This document shows, piece by piece, positions 13,801 through 26,344 of a stretch of DNA of 64,000 nt; the stretch's first letter is position 1; each line of letters opens with the position of its first letter. Under the pieces are notes generated by a model. It was not told the DNA's origin. It did no database searches and was given only the letters and a program-made list of their open reading frames with translations. This stretch comes from Lama guanicoe. Its lineage: Eukaryota. A program made the translations under genes and the position numbers. The stretch spans positions 23,560,795-23,624,794 of the forward strand of contig MU054187.1 in assembly GCA_013239625.1 (NCBI GenBank), given 5' to 3'.

Positions 13801-14320
13801 TGAGTAATATTCAGTAATAAAAAGAAATGAGCTATCAAGTCATGAAAAGATGTGAAGGAAACTTAAGCACATATTATTAAGTGAAGGAAGGCAGTCTGAA
13901 ATGACTACAAACGGTATGTTTCCAACTATATGACATTCTGGAAAAGGCAAAACTATAAAGACATTAAAACAGTCAGTAGTTTCCAGGAGTCTAGGGGGAG
14001 AAGAGGGATAAATATATGCAACAAATCATTTTCAGGGCAGTGAAGCTATTCTATATGACCCTGCAATGCTATATGATACTAAGCATTTGTCAAAATCCTA
14101 CAACACAAAGAGTAAACTCTAGGGTAAACCATAGATTTTAATCAGTAATGTAGCAATGCTGGCTCAACAATGGTAACAGATATTTACACTAATTAAGATC
14201 CTGACTATGGGAGAAACTATGTGAGTGTGTATATGGGGGGGGAGCGAGAACTACTGGCATTATCTGTTCAACATTTTTGTAAATTTAAAATTGCCCAGAA
14301 AATAAAATCCGTTAATTTTT
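10822..14320 (+). mobile_element. Old L1 (L1MD/L1MC-like): 5'UTR, ORF1 remnant, large internal deletion, ORF2 tail and 3'UTR
   Basis: The 5' end resembles the L1MD-type 5'UTR (gcttggaagttgtcactcc...gtcacagggcaaac). An ORF1-like coiled-coil peptide at 12290 (EIKKILTEMKNVSDGLIMRL...GRISDLED) is followed by a jump to the ORF2 C-terminus near 12730, then an L1MC/MD-type 3'UTR. Confidence 0.82.
11073..11685 (+). pseudogene. Probable retrocopied non-coding RNA segment (mRNA 3'UTR retrocopy or orphan 3' transduction)
   Basis: Non-L1 sequence interrupting the old L1. AATAAA at 11633-11638, A-rich tail from 11659, flanked by identical gtaaaaggct at 11063-11072 and 11686-11695. Confidence 0.65.
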
Positions 14321-14432
14321 TAAAGCTGGCTATATTCTTTTATTATTTCTAAAAACAAATACCTAGAGTTTATTCTGGGTGTTCTGTATAGGAAGGGATA
14401 CAAACTGTGATTAAAGATAGTTTCATTTCTTT

Positions 14433-15369
14433 TTTTTTTCTTTCTTTATATATTTTCACTGAAGTATAGTCAGTTTACAAATGCTGTGTCAATTTCTGGT
14501 GTACAGCATAATGCTTCAGTCATACATATTCATACATATATTTGTTTTCATATTATTTTTCACCATAAGTTACTATAAGATATTGAATATAGTTCCCTGT
14601 GCTATACCGTATAAACTTGTTGTTTATCTATTTTATATATAATAGCTAGTATCTGCAAATCTCAAACCCCCAATTTATCCCTTCCCACCCTCTTCCATCC
14701 TGGTAACCATAAGTTTGTTCTCTGTGTCTGTGAAACTGTTTCTGTTTCATAAATAAGTTAGTCTTTTTTTTTTTTTAGATTCCGCATATAAGTGATATCA
14801 TATGGTATTTTCCTTTTTCTTTCTGGCTTACTTCACGTAGAATGACAATATCTAAGTCCATCTATGTTGCTGCAAATGGCATTATTTTATCATTTTTGTG
14901 GCTGAGTAGTATTCCACTGTATAAATACACCACATCTTCTTTATCCAGTCATCTGTTGATGGACATTTAGTTTGTTTCCATGTCTTGGCTATTGTAAATA
15001 GTGCTGCTGTGAACATTGGGGTGCAGGTGTCATCCTGAAGTAGGGTTCCTTCTGGATATATGCCCAGGAATGGGATTGCTGGATCATATGATAAGTCTAT
15101 TTTTAATCTTTTGAGAAACCTCCATACTATTTTCCACAATAGCTGCACCAAACTACATTCCCATCACCTACACCAAGACATATTATAATTAAGATGGCCA
15201 AAGTTAAAGACAAAGAAGTGATTCTAAAGGCAACAAGAGAAAAATAAAGAGTTAGTTACAAGGGAACCCCCATAAGGCTTTCAGCTGATTTCTCTACACA
15301 AATATTGCTAGCCAGAACACAGTGTCAAGATATATTCAAAGTCCTGAATGAGAAAAAGCTGCAACCTAG
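14433..15369 (-). mobile_element. Young L1 with 5' inversion: minus-strand 3' end (14433-~15165) plus plus-strand ORF1 segment (~15166-15373)
   Basis: Minus-strand ORF2 tail ([12 protein letters not shown]...KWKQ-like, ORF 14882-15151) with 3'UTR and poly-T. The plus-strand piece translates to [16 protein letters not shown]...YKGTPIRLSADFS (ORF1). TSD gatagtttcatttcttt (14416-14432) vs gatagtattatttcttt (15370-15386), 15/17 identical. Confidence 0.88.
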
Positions 15370-16479
15370 GATAGTATTATTTCTTTATAAATCCTTATAT
15401 ATTTTATTTTCTTTTATACTCTTATAAGTAGTTACACAATGTTGTTGAATGGAAGTAGAGGTGGCAAGTATTTTTTGTTGTTGTTTTCCTCAATATTTTT
15501 CCCCAACATTTTACATTATATTGTTCACATTATATGTGAAATATATAATGAAGCTGTAGTTTTGATTTTTGTAGATGTCATTTTTTTGATTAAGTAAGTA
15601 ATCAAAAGTAATCAAAATCTTTGCTTTGATTCCTAGTTATCATAAATGGAGGCTAAATGTTCTTGAACACATATATGAATTTCCTTTAATACAACTTTTT
15701 GCTTTCAAGACAGAAGGGAGACCATTCCTGGTTTTCTAAAGTGGGTTGAATGACCACTCTCTACATTTCTGTTGCATCCTGTTCCTTCATAACATGCATC
15801 ACATTTATATAATTGTTCAATTTTTCCACATGACTATAAACTCCATGGGGACAGATGGAATTCCTATATTTTATTCAGTGCTATATCCCCAATACCTAGC
15901 TTTTTCCTTCATTGAAACTGGGACCCAATATAAACAGTTGTTCAATTAATGAATAAATAAATATAAACATCTCCATTAGCAGCAACTGCCACTCCAGACT
16001 AGAAATCACATCCCTTAGGCATCCTTCACTGAAGACAAGAAAGGATGATCCATTTGCATTGTTGCTAAAAAGATAGAAAGTAAAATAGTTGAACTGATAC
16101 TAAAGGCTAATAATTTAAAGACATTTTGTTTAAATTGCAGTTATTTATATAATTTATTTGTTTTTTTTTTCTAGAGTGTAAGTACTTGCTAAAGAATGTT
16201 ACGTGTTAAGTACTCATCTGAAAGTCTCTCTGAATCTTAGCATTCATTCAAGAAGCTGGAAGATCTAGTTTACAAAAGAGACCAAGACTTTCAAGGAAAT
16301 CTACAAGGCAAATGGACAATTTACTCTCTTCTGAATTGCAATTTTTTGCTTCCTTATGTTAACATTTCATCACCGTATGTTACCTTGCAGTCAATGTGCA
16401 TAAGATCTCAAACAAAATGTCAAAATAAATAGTGAAAAAATGGAAAAAAAACCCAATAATCCATCATTCATTTTTATAC

Positions 16480-16602
16480 CTGTAAGTGATGTGTTTGTGC
16501 TGCCACTTCTGTCCCGTTAATGCGTATCGCTTTCGACGAATATTAAATTTGGAGCTACCTCTTGTCTGGTCAGGTACGCCACACCGAGGCTTCTTCATCC
16601 AG
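16480..16602 (-). CDS. MMP16: MMP16 coding exon (probable exon 3): cysteine switch and furin site
   Basis: Translates to (D)WMKKPRCGVPDQTRGSSKFNIRRKRYALTGQKWQHKHITY(S), with cysteine switch PRCGVPD and proprotein-convertase site RRKR. Acceptor ttttgcag, donor GTATAA. Length 123 bp, phase 2-2. Confidence 0.98.
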
Positions 16603-16864
16603 CTGCAAAAAGCAGTTATTTTCCAGTTATTTACCAACAACCCTAAACACTGATTTGAAATAGAAATCAATTGAGAAGTCATGACAGTGATGATGAAAAA
16701 AGGAAAATATAAAGGAAAAATTTGTCAGTTTTCTTGCAACTTCAATCTAAGTAGAAAGTATATTTTTCCCTAAATGATCATGAATCACTAGTTTATAGCT
16801 CAGATCCTTTAGATAATTTTTTCTCTCTTTAATTCATTTTGAGCTAACTGCAGACTGAGGTGTT

Positions 16865-16995
16865 CTGAAGCTTCTGACTAGAATCTGCTGTTGACAAGAT
16901 ATGTGACCTTGGGCAAGTCATTCACCCCTTGTCTCATTCATAAAATGAGACTTTTAAAAATAAATTGTCACTAAAGTCTCTTCCAGCTTTAACGT
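16865..16995 (+). mobile_element. MIR SINE remnant
   Basis: tgtgaccttgggcaagtcattcac...ataaaatgag. Confidence 0.75.
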
Positions 16996-19199
16996 TCAAA
17001 AATTTTTTTTAAATCTATTACATGACCTGAAAGTCCAGGAGTGAAGAAAGTAAATGCTACTTTCTTCTGGTTTACACAAAAGAAAATTGTTTGTTCAAAT
17101 AACATTTGCATTCCTCTGATTTTGTCTTCTTTTCACTTTAAGAATTACCTCAGTTTCCAAGGAACAGTCATTCACTTTGAATCTTTGATAACAAACAAAT
17201 TTGATGCTTAAGAAAAATTTTTCTTAATATGAGGTTTAACATCACACAAATAAAATTTAAATATTAGTATTAGGAAAATAAAATACTGTACTGATTTATT
17301 AATTTTTAATACAATTGTCTAACTTCTTTTCTAGAGTCTCATTTGACCATTGCCATGTTTTCTTTGTAGTCTTTTTTCTTGTTCAGCGAGAAACATTTTC
17401 ATGCTTTTGAGCAGTTTTCCTTTAGTGATTCAGAAAATGGCTTTACTGTTCATTAGCCCATTTAACTGAACAATTACACAACTAAAGCAGAATCTTCATG
17501 GTGTCACATGCTTCAGAAAGTAGAAATGAGAAAAGAATCAATTTTTGCTGTATTTCAACAAATAATTTCTATGCTCTTTACATAGACAATAATTGGCTAC
17601 AGAAATGACTGTCTAGAGATGTCCATTTTGTGAAAATGACTGAAATAGGTTACATGTTACATGGATAAATCAGCTAATCAGCTTTTACGAACATAAGAAT
17701 AACGTTATGCCACAATGAAAGCATGACTTTTGCTTTTTAAGAAAGACAACACTTTTCTGATAAGGATTATAAATTTCTCCTTTTTTATTCTGCTGCCAGT
17801 AATAACATAGACATTACCATTACCAGACTTAACAAACTCCAACCTAGTTTATAATGCATTGTAGGGTTACTTCAGAAAATCATTCTTTCCCTTTATTAAA
17901 GTCTCAAAACCAAATGAGATGTCTTGTCAATGCGAACACCTCGGAAGCTATCCAGCCCTACAGAACCAAAGTCTCTGGAACTAAAAAGGGAGACCTCTTA
18001 CTTTTCACTAGCACTCCCAGGGCACACAAAATCACAGACTTTGAGACATTTCACTAGACTGTATAACACTCAAGGGCAGTGGATCTAACATACTCCTGTT
18101 ACCTGTACAACACCAAACACTTAAAAGATGTTTAATAAATAGGTAGATAGGGACTTTTTAATGAAAAAAATATTTATTATACTCTGTAAGATCTAGATAT
18201 ATATTTAACTAACAAATATTAAGCATTAATGGTGGGCTTATGACAATTTAAATGACTTTTATATATGGGTGTTTCATTAACCATATTCCCAATAAAAAGT
18301 ATAACATTTCTTAGCAAGTACTTATTCTGATTTATCTCACTGAAAGTACTGGGAGAAGAAACTATATATAATTTAAATGTGAATAAATTTACTTAATGTG
18401 GGTTGTGATTACACTTACATCCAGTGAAAGAAAATATTTAAATAAACACTCCTGGAAGAGAAATAATTTTGAAAAAGATAGTGGGATAAAACTTGATAAA
18501 ATATAATTAGTTGTTATCCAAATAAAATGTATTTTCTATGAGGATATGTTCCCTAAAAGTACTGTAATGACACATAAAGTTAAAAGATGAAGACAGTGAT
18601 TGAAAAGAATTAAATTTATTAGAATAGATTTCCATCTTAAGTCATGCACTATGTTGGATCCAGCAAAATTTTCTCAGTGAAGCACTGTGTCTTTTGATGG
18701 ACAGGGGTTTCAGGGATGAGTATGAGATTCCTGTGCTGAAAGATATTTCTGCTAAATTCCTTACATGTTTCTTCGGTTTTTGCTCATTTCATAGTTTTTT
18801 GTTATCTTCCAACTATTCATTTATTTACTCGTTCCATCCCGATCCTTTCATCCTACAATATTTTAAGCTTTTACAATACTCTAAGAGATAAAAAACTGAA
18901 TAAAAAGATAACCTAAGAGCTCTTGTTTAGCATAGTCTATAGGAAGACATGCGAGATAAAAAAAATTACAATATATGGGTTAAGTGTTCTCCCATCTCCA
19001 TTTAGCTCCCCTGTCGTCATTTCTAATTTTACATGTAATTTACAAATTGTGAGTTTCCTCTCAAACTTGCACCATTTCCTCAGCCAAAGGTCTTTCCAAT
19101 GCCTAAGACAGATAGCTAGGTTACATCCTCCAGTCAGTCATGGTATAGTGTCTTCTGCCTTCAGAATTCCTCCGTATCTCTCACTCTCACCAATGCCTA

Positions 19200-19730
19200 C
19201 TTCTCACTCCTAATGACAAATCATTTCAAAGCACAGATGTGTTCCTACATGTTCTGAGCACGAAATGCATTTATAGCAAGACTCTTATTCAGGCCTACCT
19301 ACCAAGTGTGTGCCCTGTCTCCCTACTTCCCAAGATCCACACAAGTTCCTACAGAACCAGCCTCTTTCTGCCTTTGTATGGGGTGACCTCCTTCTGACTT
19401 TACAGTGACAGTCCTAATCCCCCTTGATTGCTCAACTCGCACAGTTAACCGTCTCAACACAGCATGCGCTATAACTGTGTGTTCCAACTTGTACGTGCCT
19501 AGTTCTACCTTCCAACAGCCTGTGAGTCAGGACAGGGAGCCCAGTGCAGGGCCAGCGTCCAGTGAAGTCTCCAGTAAGGAACATGAGGTGGGTGGACTAA
19601 ATCATGTGGGGTTTTTTGATATTCTTGTTGCACATACTGATCTCCCTGACTCCCTGTATGTTGCTTAAGGACTTTGTAACTCTTAACACCTCTGTGCCTA
19701 GAACAAATGCTTATTGAGTAGATGGACATT
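19200..19730 (+). mobile_element. L2 remnant
   Basis: L2 3'-end pattern ending acctctgtgcctagaacaaatgcttattgagtagatg. Confidence 0.55.
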
Positions 19731-19884
19731 GTGTGGAAACTTTTATACAAAACTAAATCATACAGTAGGTAACTTTAGTGTAAGAAACAAGAACAGGCAT
19801 AATATAATATAAACTAGTAATTTAACTCAAAGAATCCTGAGTGAGGGTTGGTCAAGTACAGAGCACTCTATGTTAACTTCATCT

Positions 19885-19948
19885 GTATATGTATCCAAAT
19901 ATATATATCTATATATATATTCATCATATATATATATAGATACAGATA
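19885..19948. repeat. Interrupted (TA)n microsatellite
   Basis: Directly visible. Confidence 0.85.
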
Positions 19949-20809
19949 TTCTAGCACACAGATATGAGCAGGTATTAATTGTCAAAATATGTAAAATTCT
20001 GAAATATGTTCAAAGCACACCGTGACACTGAATACACAGTATCTGCGCTAAATCACTCTTCAGTATTTTTATGTGATTCCAAATGCTTAAGTTATTCTTT
20101 AATTTCATAAGCATTCAGTCTCTTTCTCTTTTAATTTTTAAAGTTCTCAGTAGATATAAAGAATGGTCAGTGTCTACTAGAACTCATCAATGAATTAAAT
20201 GCCGTCTAATAGTAAATGTAAAGCTGGCATGTTACTGCTGTTTTTTCAGGTAGAGTCTGGGGATTCACTTCTAGTTAGCATGCACCAAGATGGTAGTTGC
20301 ATTCACGTATCAATTTGACAAAACCCATATTTACCTATACACAGGTGTGCAAAATTGCATACACACGTACAAATGATTATCTGACCTAAGTAATAACTAT
20401 AGAAAAGAAAAGGTGTTGAAATACGCATGTGTATTATTTTCAAGTAGTGCTTTTTTTGTGCAAGTATCTTTGCTAAAACACTTATTTTTTTCAGCGTGTC
20501 AACACACAGCCCATATACCTATGTTAGTTTACTGACTCAATTGCTAAGAATTTTAAGTTGACATTCCAATGCAAACAGCACTTGGGGAATGAGCACTGGG
20601 GGAGGAGTCAGCTGCAAGAGAGACATTTTGTAATTTCAAAGTGCAAATAATGGCACCGCCTCAATTTTCATAAATATAATACGGATGTTCAGTATTGACT
20701 TAACGTTTTAGAACCCAGGGCATTTTAAAATTAGTTGGGCAGATGATGAATTTCATTTAAATTAACAACTTAAAAATGAAAAACTACCTAAAACCAGTCC
20801 TCTTGTGAG

Positions 20810-21045
20810 GAGGTATATTATAAAAGTTGGAAGCAGGAATCCCAGGGCCAAACTGCCAGGGTTCCCTTTTAGCTCCCCTGACTCACAAGCCCTGTGCTAT
20901 TAGTCAGGCCACTGTTTCTATTTCTTGATTTCCTCTTCTGCAAAAGTAAGTGATTATACGATTATTGAGTTTTGGTCAGGATTACATTTGCTAAATCACG
21001 TGAAACACTTAGAATAGTTCCTGGCAAATAGCTGTTATTATTACT
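20810..21045 (+). mobile_element. MIR SINE remnant
   Basis: tttcctcttctgcaaaagt...tgaaacacttagaatagttcctggca. Confidence 0.75.
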
Positions 21046-24000
21046 AACTTATAATTACAACAGTATTATTTTATGAATGTCAGGAAGCAGTGGTACTCAT
21101 AATAGCAGAAGCAGCAGCAGTAACAGCACAACAGTGTAGACACATTTACCTACCAACATGCTTCAGTTCACTCTGTGTGTTGACCTAAAGCACTCTGTAA
21201 TTCCAAACAGGGATATTCCTAGTATTTTGATACCAAGGATACCAACAGATATACCATCCTGCGTTCTATGTAAATAAAGTAGCCACAAGCTTCTAAACAA
21301 ATTTGCAGTGATGCTAAGAGCCACAATATACGAAATAGTATTCATTCTAAAGAGAAAATGAATGATTTAGGCATTATGTCAAACATTTAGGGCGACCCAC
21401 AGCATGACACGAGAGGGCCCTCAAGCCATAGTCCACACCCTGGTGACCCTGTGGTGGGGCTGCAGAAAGGCAGCTCTTCAAAAGAAGAGGGGAATGAGAC
21501 CCTTTGGGGTTACATACATCTTCCTTTACCAAGAGAAAAAATATGAATTAATAATCTTAGAAAAATATTCATCAGCATAATATATTAAACAAGTTTTCAG
21601 ACTTTTCCAAGCTCTAATGGCTAAGAGTACTGCTATGATACTTGTCACAAGAAATCTTTGTAGAAATTTTAAAATATGCTTATTTTTATTACCTTAAAAA
21701 TCCTTAGGTTTTGTTTGTATTCATAATGCCAAGTTCAACAATCATGAAGAAGGATTTTTTTTTTTAAGTAAATTAACGTAGGGCTCCAAATGTAGATAGG
21801 CTGATAGCTCACTCTGGTCCAGAATTTCCTTTTTCTGTCAACTCATTAGCTACCCACATGGGCACACATGTTATTCACAAAGCTGAAAATGCAGTGTTAA
21901 AGTACTTAAAAACCCAAGCACAGAGAATAAATATATTATGCCTCCATGACCTGCAATGCCAAGAAGAGCTCAGTGTCAGCTCTTATTTAAGCTTTCACCT
22001 TTCACCTTTCAGAATGGGGACCTAAGACCCCGCTCATTTAGCTATCAACCATCCCTCTGTAGCCACCGTAGCATGGACTGACCCATCCTACAATGTTACA
22101 GTTATGAATACTCAAAGATAAAGAAAAAATATTACCAATGAATCATTTATATATAAATAAAAAAGGGAGAGAGTCTTAACTTGGTAATTTGGACAAAAGA
22201 ATAAAAATTATGAAACATATTGATTAGTAAGTCAGAAAAGCTTGTGGTTCTTGATATATTTAAATCAGTATTTCAATTCTAAAATCAGGGGTTCAAATAC
22301 CACTAGTTTCATAATAATTCTTTGAATAAAGCTACTTATTCAGTCTTAAATTAGTTTTTAATTAAGACACATTTCTGGGCATGGCGCAAATAAATTAAAC
22401 AGAATTACTGGGATCATCCAGTACTTCTGTACAAATGGGTGTGTTTATAGAGAGAGAGATATCAAAAAGAAAACAGAACTATCACCTTACAAATCTCATC
22501 AAATATGCTTCCGAGCGTAACATTGTACACACATGAAAAGATAAACTGAAATTTTAAAATACTTACTAGCAACATTGTGAAATGTTAGACTCATTTCATT
22601 TATTGCCTTGCTATCTGTTTCTGTCCTGGCTAACTTTATCATTTTTATGCAAAACATAGATTACTCCTCACTTATTAAGGAATTAAGTGAGCCTGCTTAT
22701 TAAAATTAGCTAAACAACTCATAATCTAAAAGACCCACAGCAACGTATGGTAATGAGCTCCTTTGGGGTGGGGGCAGGATGAGTATTACTCACTCTCCAT
22801 TACTAATGCTAATTAATGCAAAAACTATGTAATATGCCATTTAAGGTAATACCTAAATTTGCTGCTTGAAAATGGTTAATTTTTTCAACATGATATAGGG
22901 ATTACCACAAATGGTATCATTACTTTTAATTACCCAATAATTATAGATTGAATCCACCAAATGCCTGTCTGCCACAAGATAATACAATTACTTAATTTAA
23001 AAACAAATGATTTTGACAAGAGTCTAAAATTAGATAAAAGTTTATGGCATCTGAAAATGAATCCTAAGACATTATTTTAATACTGATGAATAATTTTCAG
23101 TCTACAATTATGTTACATATTTTATGTCATAAGACCTAGATGAAAAAAGTCCTACCTTATAATTTGAGTACGTAAAATAATAGCGTGTAATTTTAGCATG
23201 GATTGTTACCACGTATTCATTTGATATCACAGAAGCACAGAGAATTGCTTAAGTAGCATGATTATAGGGATAATACTTACAAAAATGGTACAAAATTTGT
23301 GCCAAGTACGCTGAGTAACAGTACCTCAAAGGGGATACGTCAGTGGAGGAAACAGACAGAAGGCAATGAAGCCACAGGGTTTCTGGTATGAGTGACAATG
23401 AAAATGACATAGAGGACAGAGGAGGCATCACAGCCTCGGAAGGGAAGATGATGAGGGTTTAACGAGACTTTAATGGGTTCACCTAGAAATAACTACCAGA
23501 TATAACACTCTATGTAAAGGGAGAGATGTATTTTCAATTCCAAAAAAAAAAAAAAGAAAACAAAACAACAAACAAACACCAAAATTTTTTTTAAAAAGCA
23601 GAAAAATTGCTTGGTTTTAAATTAAAAGCTGCCCACTTCATTGATCTTTTTCCTTATAAAGCTATAACTCACAGAAATTTTCGTGTAACTCCTACACACT
23701 GACATCATAATTTCTACTGGTCTGAAATCTGAGCCACTGTCCAGCAGAAAAAGACCCGTGTCCTTTCCCACACCTCCGCATTTTTCACATCACCCTGCCA
23801 GAGAACAGCTACAAACAGCTCTGACCCCTTTCCACATGAAGGGTGCAGATAAATCCTGCCCACATTCCTCTTCCATTATCTCCTGACAAAGACCTTTTTC
23901 TAGCTATTTTAGGAAATCAAACCTGTCCATCTTGAGTTCTTTCAGCGCCCAGCTGGAGCTCTCAAAGTAGAGGGAAACACATAGGACTCCACTCTCTTAA

Positions 24001-24923
24001 CTTTAATACCTAGTAATAAGCAGATTTAAAATAATTTGTTTTCCCAGTCACAATGTATTCTATTTTTAAAAGCTGTGTCATATTTTCCAATAAAGTGAAT
24101 TAGAAGATACCAGCTGTGCACTACGGACAAGAAAGCTGTTCGGAGCACTTTTTAAATTGTTGGGATGAAGAGTGTAATTTAAATGGAGTTCTGTATTATA
24201 CAGAGCAATAAGACACAGGACTTGCTGAAGGTTTTGCTTAGTAATTTAAAGCTATACTTATTTTGGACAAGAGCAATGTTGTGACCTAAAATGAAAGTTT
24301 GATAGTACATTATTAAGAGAGAATTGCAATGATTATGGGCAGCAGTTCCAAAATATCAAAACTCTACTTCAAGTATTGATAACAAGTTTCTCATTCTCAC
24401 AGTTTCATTATATACTTGATTCCACTTTCACAGATGAAAATCAAAGTTAACTTTTATGAATCTCTTAAAAGTGCCAGAAGAGGCAAAATATTTAATTTTT
24501 CAAACTGCTTTTAAATGGTTTAATCTTCAAGCCTTTATTATACGTTTTCCTGTCCTGGTGAAACAGAAATATAGTATGACTAACATCATGTTTTAATTAT
24601 TAGAGGGCAAAATAGAATTATAAAGTTATATATTAAATTAGTTTAAAATGTAAGAATTAATTATATATGTCTGAGCCCAGATATTTCAGATATTTAAGAA
24701 AAATGGGTCATTTCTCAAAGTCTACAGCATGGTATAGTGCAAGGTTCCCCATGTAAATGTCAAAATTCTAGATTCTGAAATTAATCTGGGCTTCACTTAG
24801 CCTTTGACTTTCAGTTCCTTTATTTGAAAGAGTGGAGAGAAAAATGTATTCTCATCTTCCCTATCATGTAGGGTTGATGTATGATGATCATATTAAATGC
24901 AGAAGCAGGTTTACTATGCGAGT

Positions 24924-25018
24924 ATTAATCATTTTTTTCAAGCTTACAGTGCATAAAGCACTATAGTAAATACTGGATAAAACTACAAATAAGATAATCA
25001 CTGCCCTCTAAGAACTCA
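24924..25018. repeat. Copy A of a ~95 bp local direct repeat (copy B at 26345-26440)
   Basis: Manual alignment shows 9 mismatches and 1 gap over 96 columns. Confidence 0.92.
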
Positions 25019-25883
25019 GTGGACACAAATGATTCCTCCCTGCATGGAAAGAATTAAACATTACCTCCTTTGCTCTCCAGAAACAATTATTCTGTTTCAT
25101 AATGTTACAGAGCTTACCAGTGTACCTGTGGTAAAATAATCTTGACTATATCTAGCTGTACCATTAACTTGAGGTTCCTTTGAAGAAGAGACTGTCTTTT
25201 GAATCTGCATGTGCCTCTTCCACAGATAAAATGCCCAGTTAAAATATACTGGTGAAATAAGTAAATGAACAAACGATTGATAAAACAATAAATAAAGAGT
25301 AGAAATAAACCCTTTGTTATTAAAAACTAAAAGCACAGACTTTTCAGTGAAAAGTTCCCTTAATTAACTAGTGTGAGAATTGTTAGCAGTGGGAAGCTAG
25401 TCGACTATTAACTAGCTCTCTGATTCCCTTCCTCCTCTTCCCTCCAAAGTGAGTCTTGATTTGCATTGTTTCCCATTTTCAGTGGTGTCGATATTTCTAC
25501 TTTGGTCAGTTCAAGCTAATGATGTGACTTCATGTAGGGAAACAAATGTGCACACCCTGCCCTCCCTGGCCACACAAGCCGACTCCAGCACACCACTCAC
25601 TCATCACCACTCAACTCTGCCTTTACTTTGACTCCCATTGTTCAAATTGTCTTTCCTATTTTTAAAATGTGTTGCTGAAGTTCAGGTGAGTAAACTTGAT
25701 TTTGTGTTTTAATTTTTTTATGGAACTCAGGAGAGTGAAGTTAAAAACAGGTTAAGTTCCAAGGAAACATTCATGAGACAAATTATGCCATTTATGGTTG
25801 TTGGAGTTCACTTAAAGGTTTTCAGACCACTTGGTTTGGCTCAAGGACCAGGGAAGAAGGAGAGCGTGGGTACCATTACTTAC

Positions 25884-26032
25884 TCAATTGTGTTTCGGTC
25901 CACTTTCCCTGTCATGTTAATGCCATAAAACTGCTGCATGGCAGCTAAGGCTGACTGCATGGTTTCCGCAGAGCGCAGCACAGACATCCTGGGGTCAGTC
26001 GGTGGAAGGTAGCCGTACTTCTGCAACCAGAC
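25884..26032 (-). CDS. MMP16: MMP16 coding exon (probable exon 2), prodomain
   Basis: Manual translation of the minus strand gives VWLQKYGYLPPTDPRMSVLRSAETMQSALAAMQQFYGINMTGKVDRNTI(D). Acceptor ttgtag at 26033-26038, donor GTAAGT at 25883-25878. Length 149 bp, ending in phase 2 (GA|C) and joining the next exon in frame. Not in the ORF track. Confidence 0.97.
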
Positions 26033-26152
26033 CTACAATCACAAGCACAGTTTCTTTTAGATCAACTGCACAATTGAACAACTTGATGGTCATTAATTTA
26101 TGTCTATCACTGACTCTTAAATTTTATTTCCTCTACAAGGAGAAATATTTCT

Positions 26153-26216
26153 CTTTTTTTAACATTTTTTATTGATTTATAATCATTTTACAATATTGTG
26201 CCAAATTCCAGTGTTC
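26153..26216 (-). mobile_element. Extremely truncated young L1 3' tail (~64 bp)
   Basis: Reverse complement closely matches 59757-59818. Flanked by a perfect agaaatatttct duplication (26141-26152 and 26217-26228). Confidence 0.85.
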
Positions 26217-26344
26217 AGAAATATTTCTTAACTGTTTCATCTCTTTTTAACACATATTATGTAATTTGGGTTATCTCAGCATAATTTCAGTGGTTGTTAT
26301 AGATCTTTCCTACATACTAATGAACTCTAATTGTAAAGGAAAAG

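Larger units (their letters stand above)
5302..16479 (-). other. MMP16: MMP16 intron 3 (11178 bp, GT-AG)
   Basis: Lies between the exon 3 donor and the exon 4 acceptor. Confidence 0.93.
16603..25883 (-). other. MMP16: MMP16 intron 2 (9281 bp, GT-AG)
   Basis: Lies between the exon 2 donor and the exon 3 acceptor. Confidence 0.93.

Noticed and set aside
16464..16682. 72-aa ORF with a novel N-terminus
   Set aside because: The N-terminal part is intron 2 upstream of the ttttgcag acceptor.
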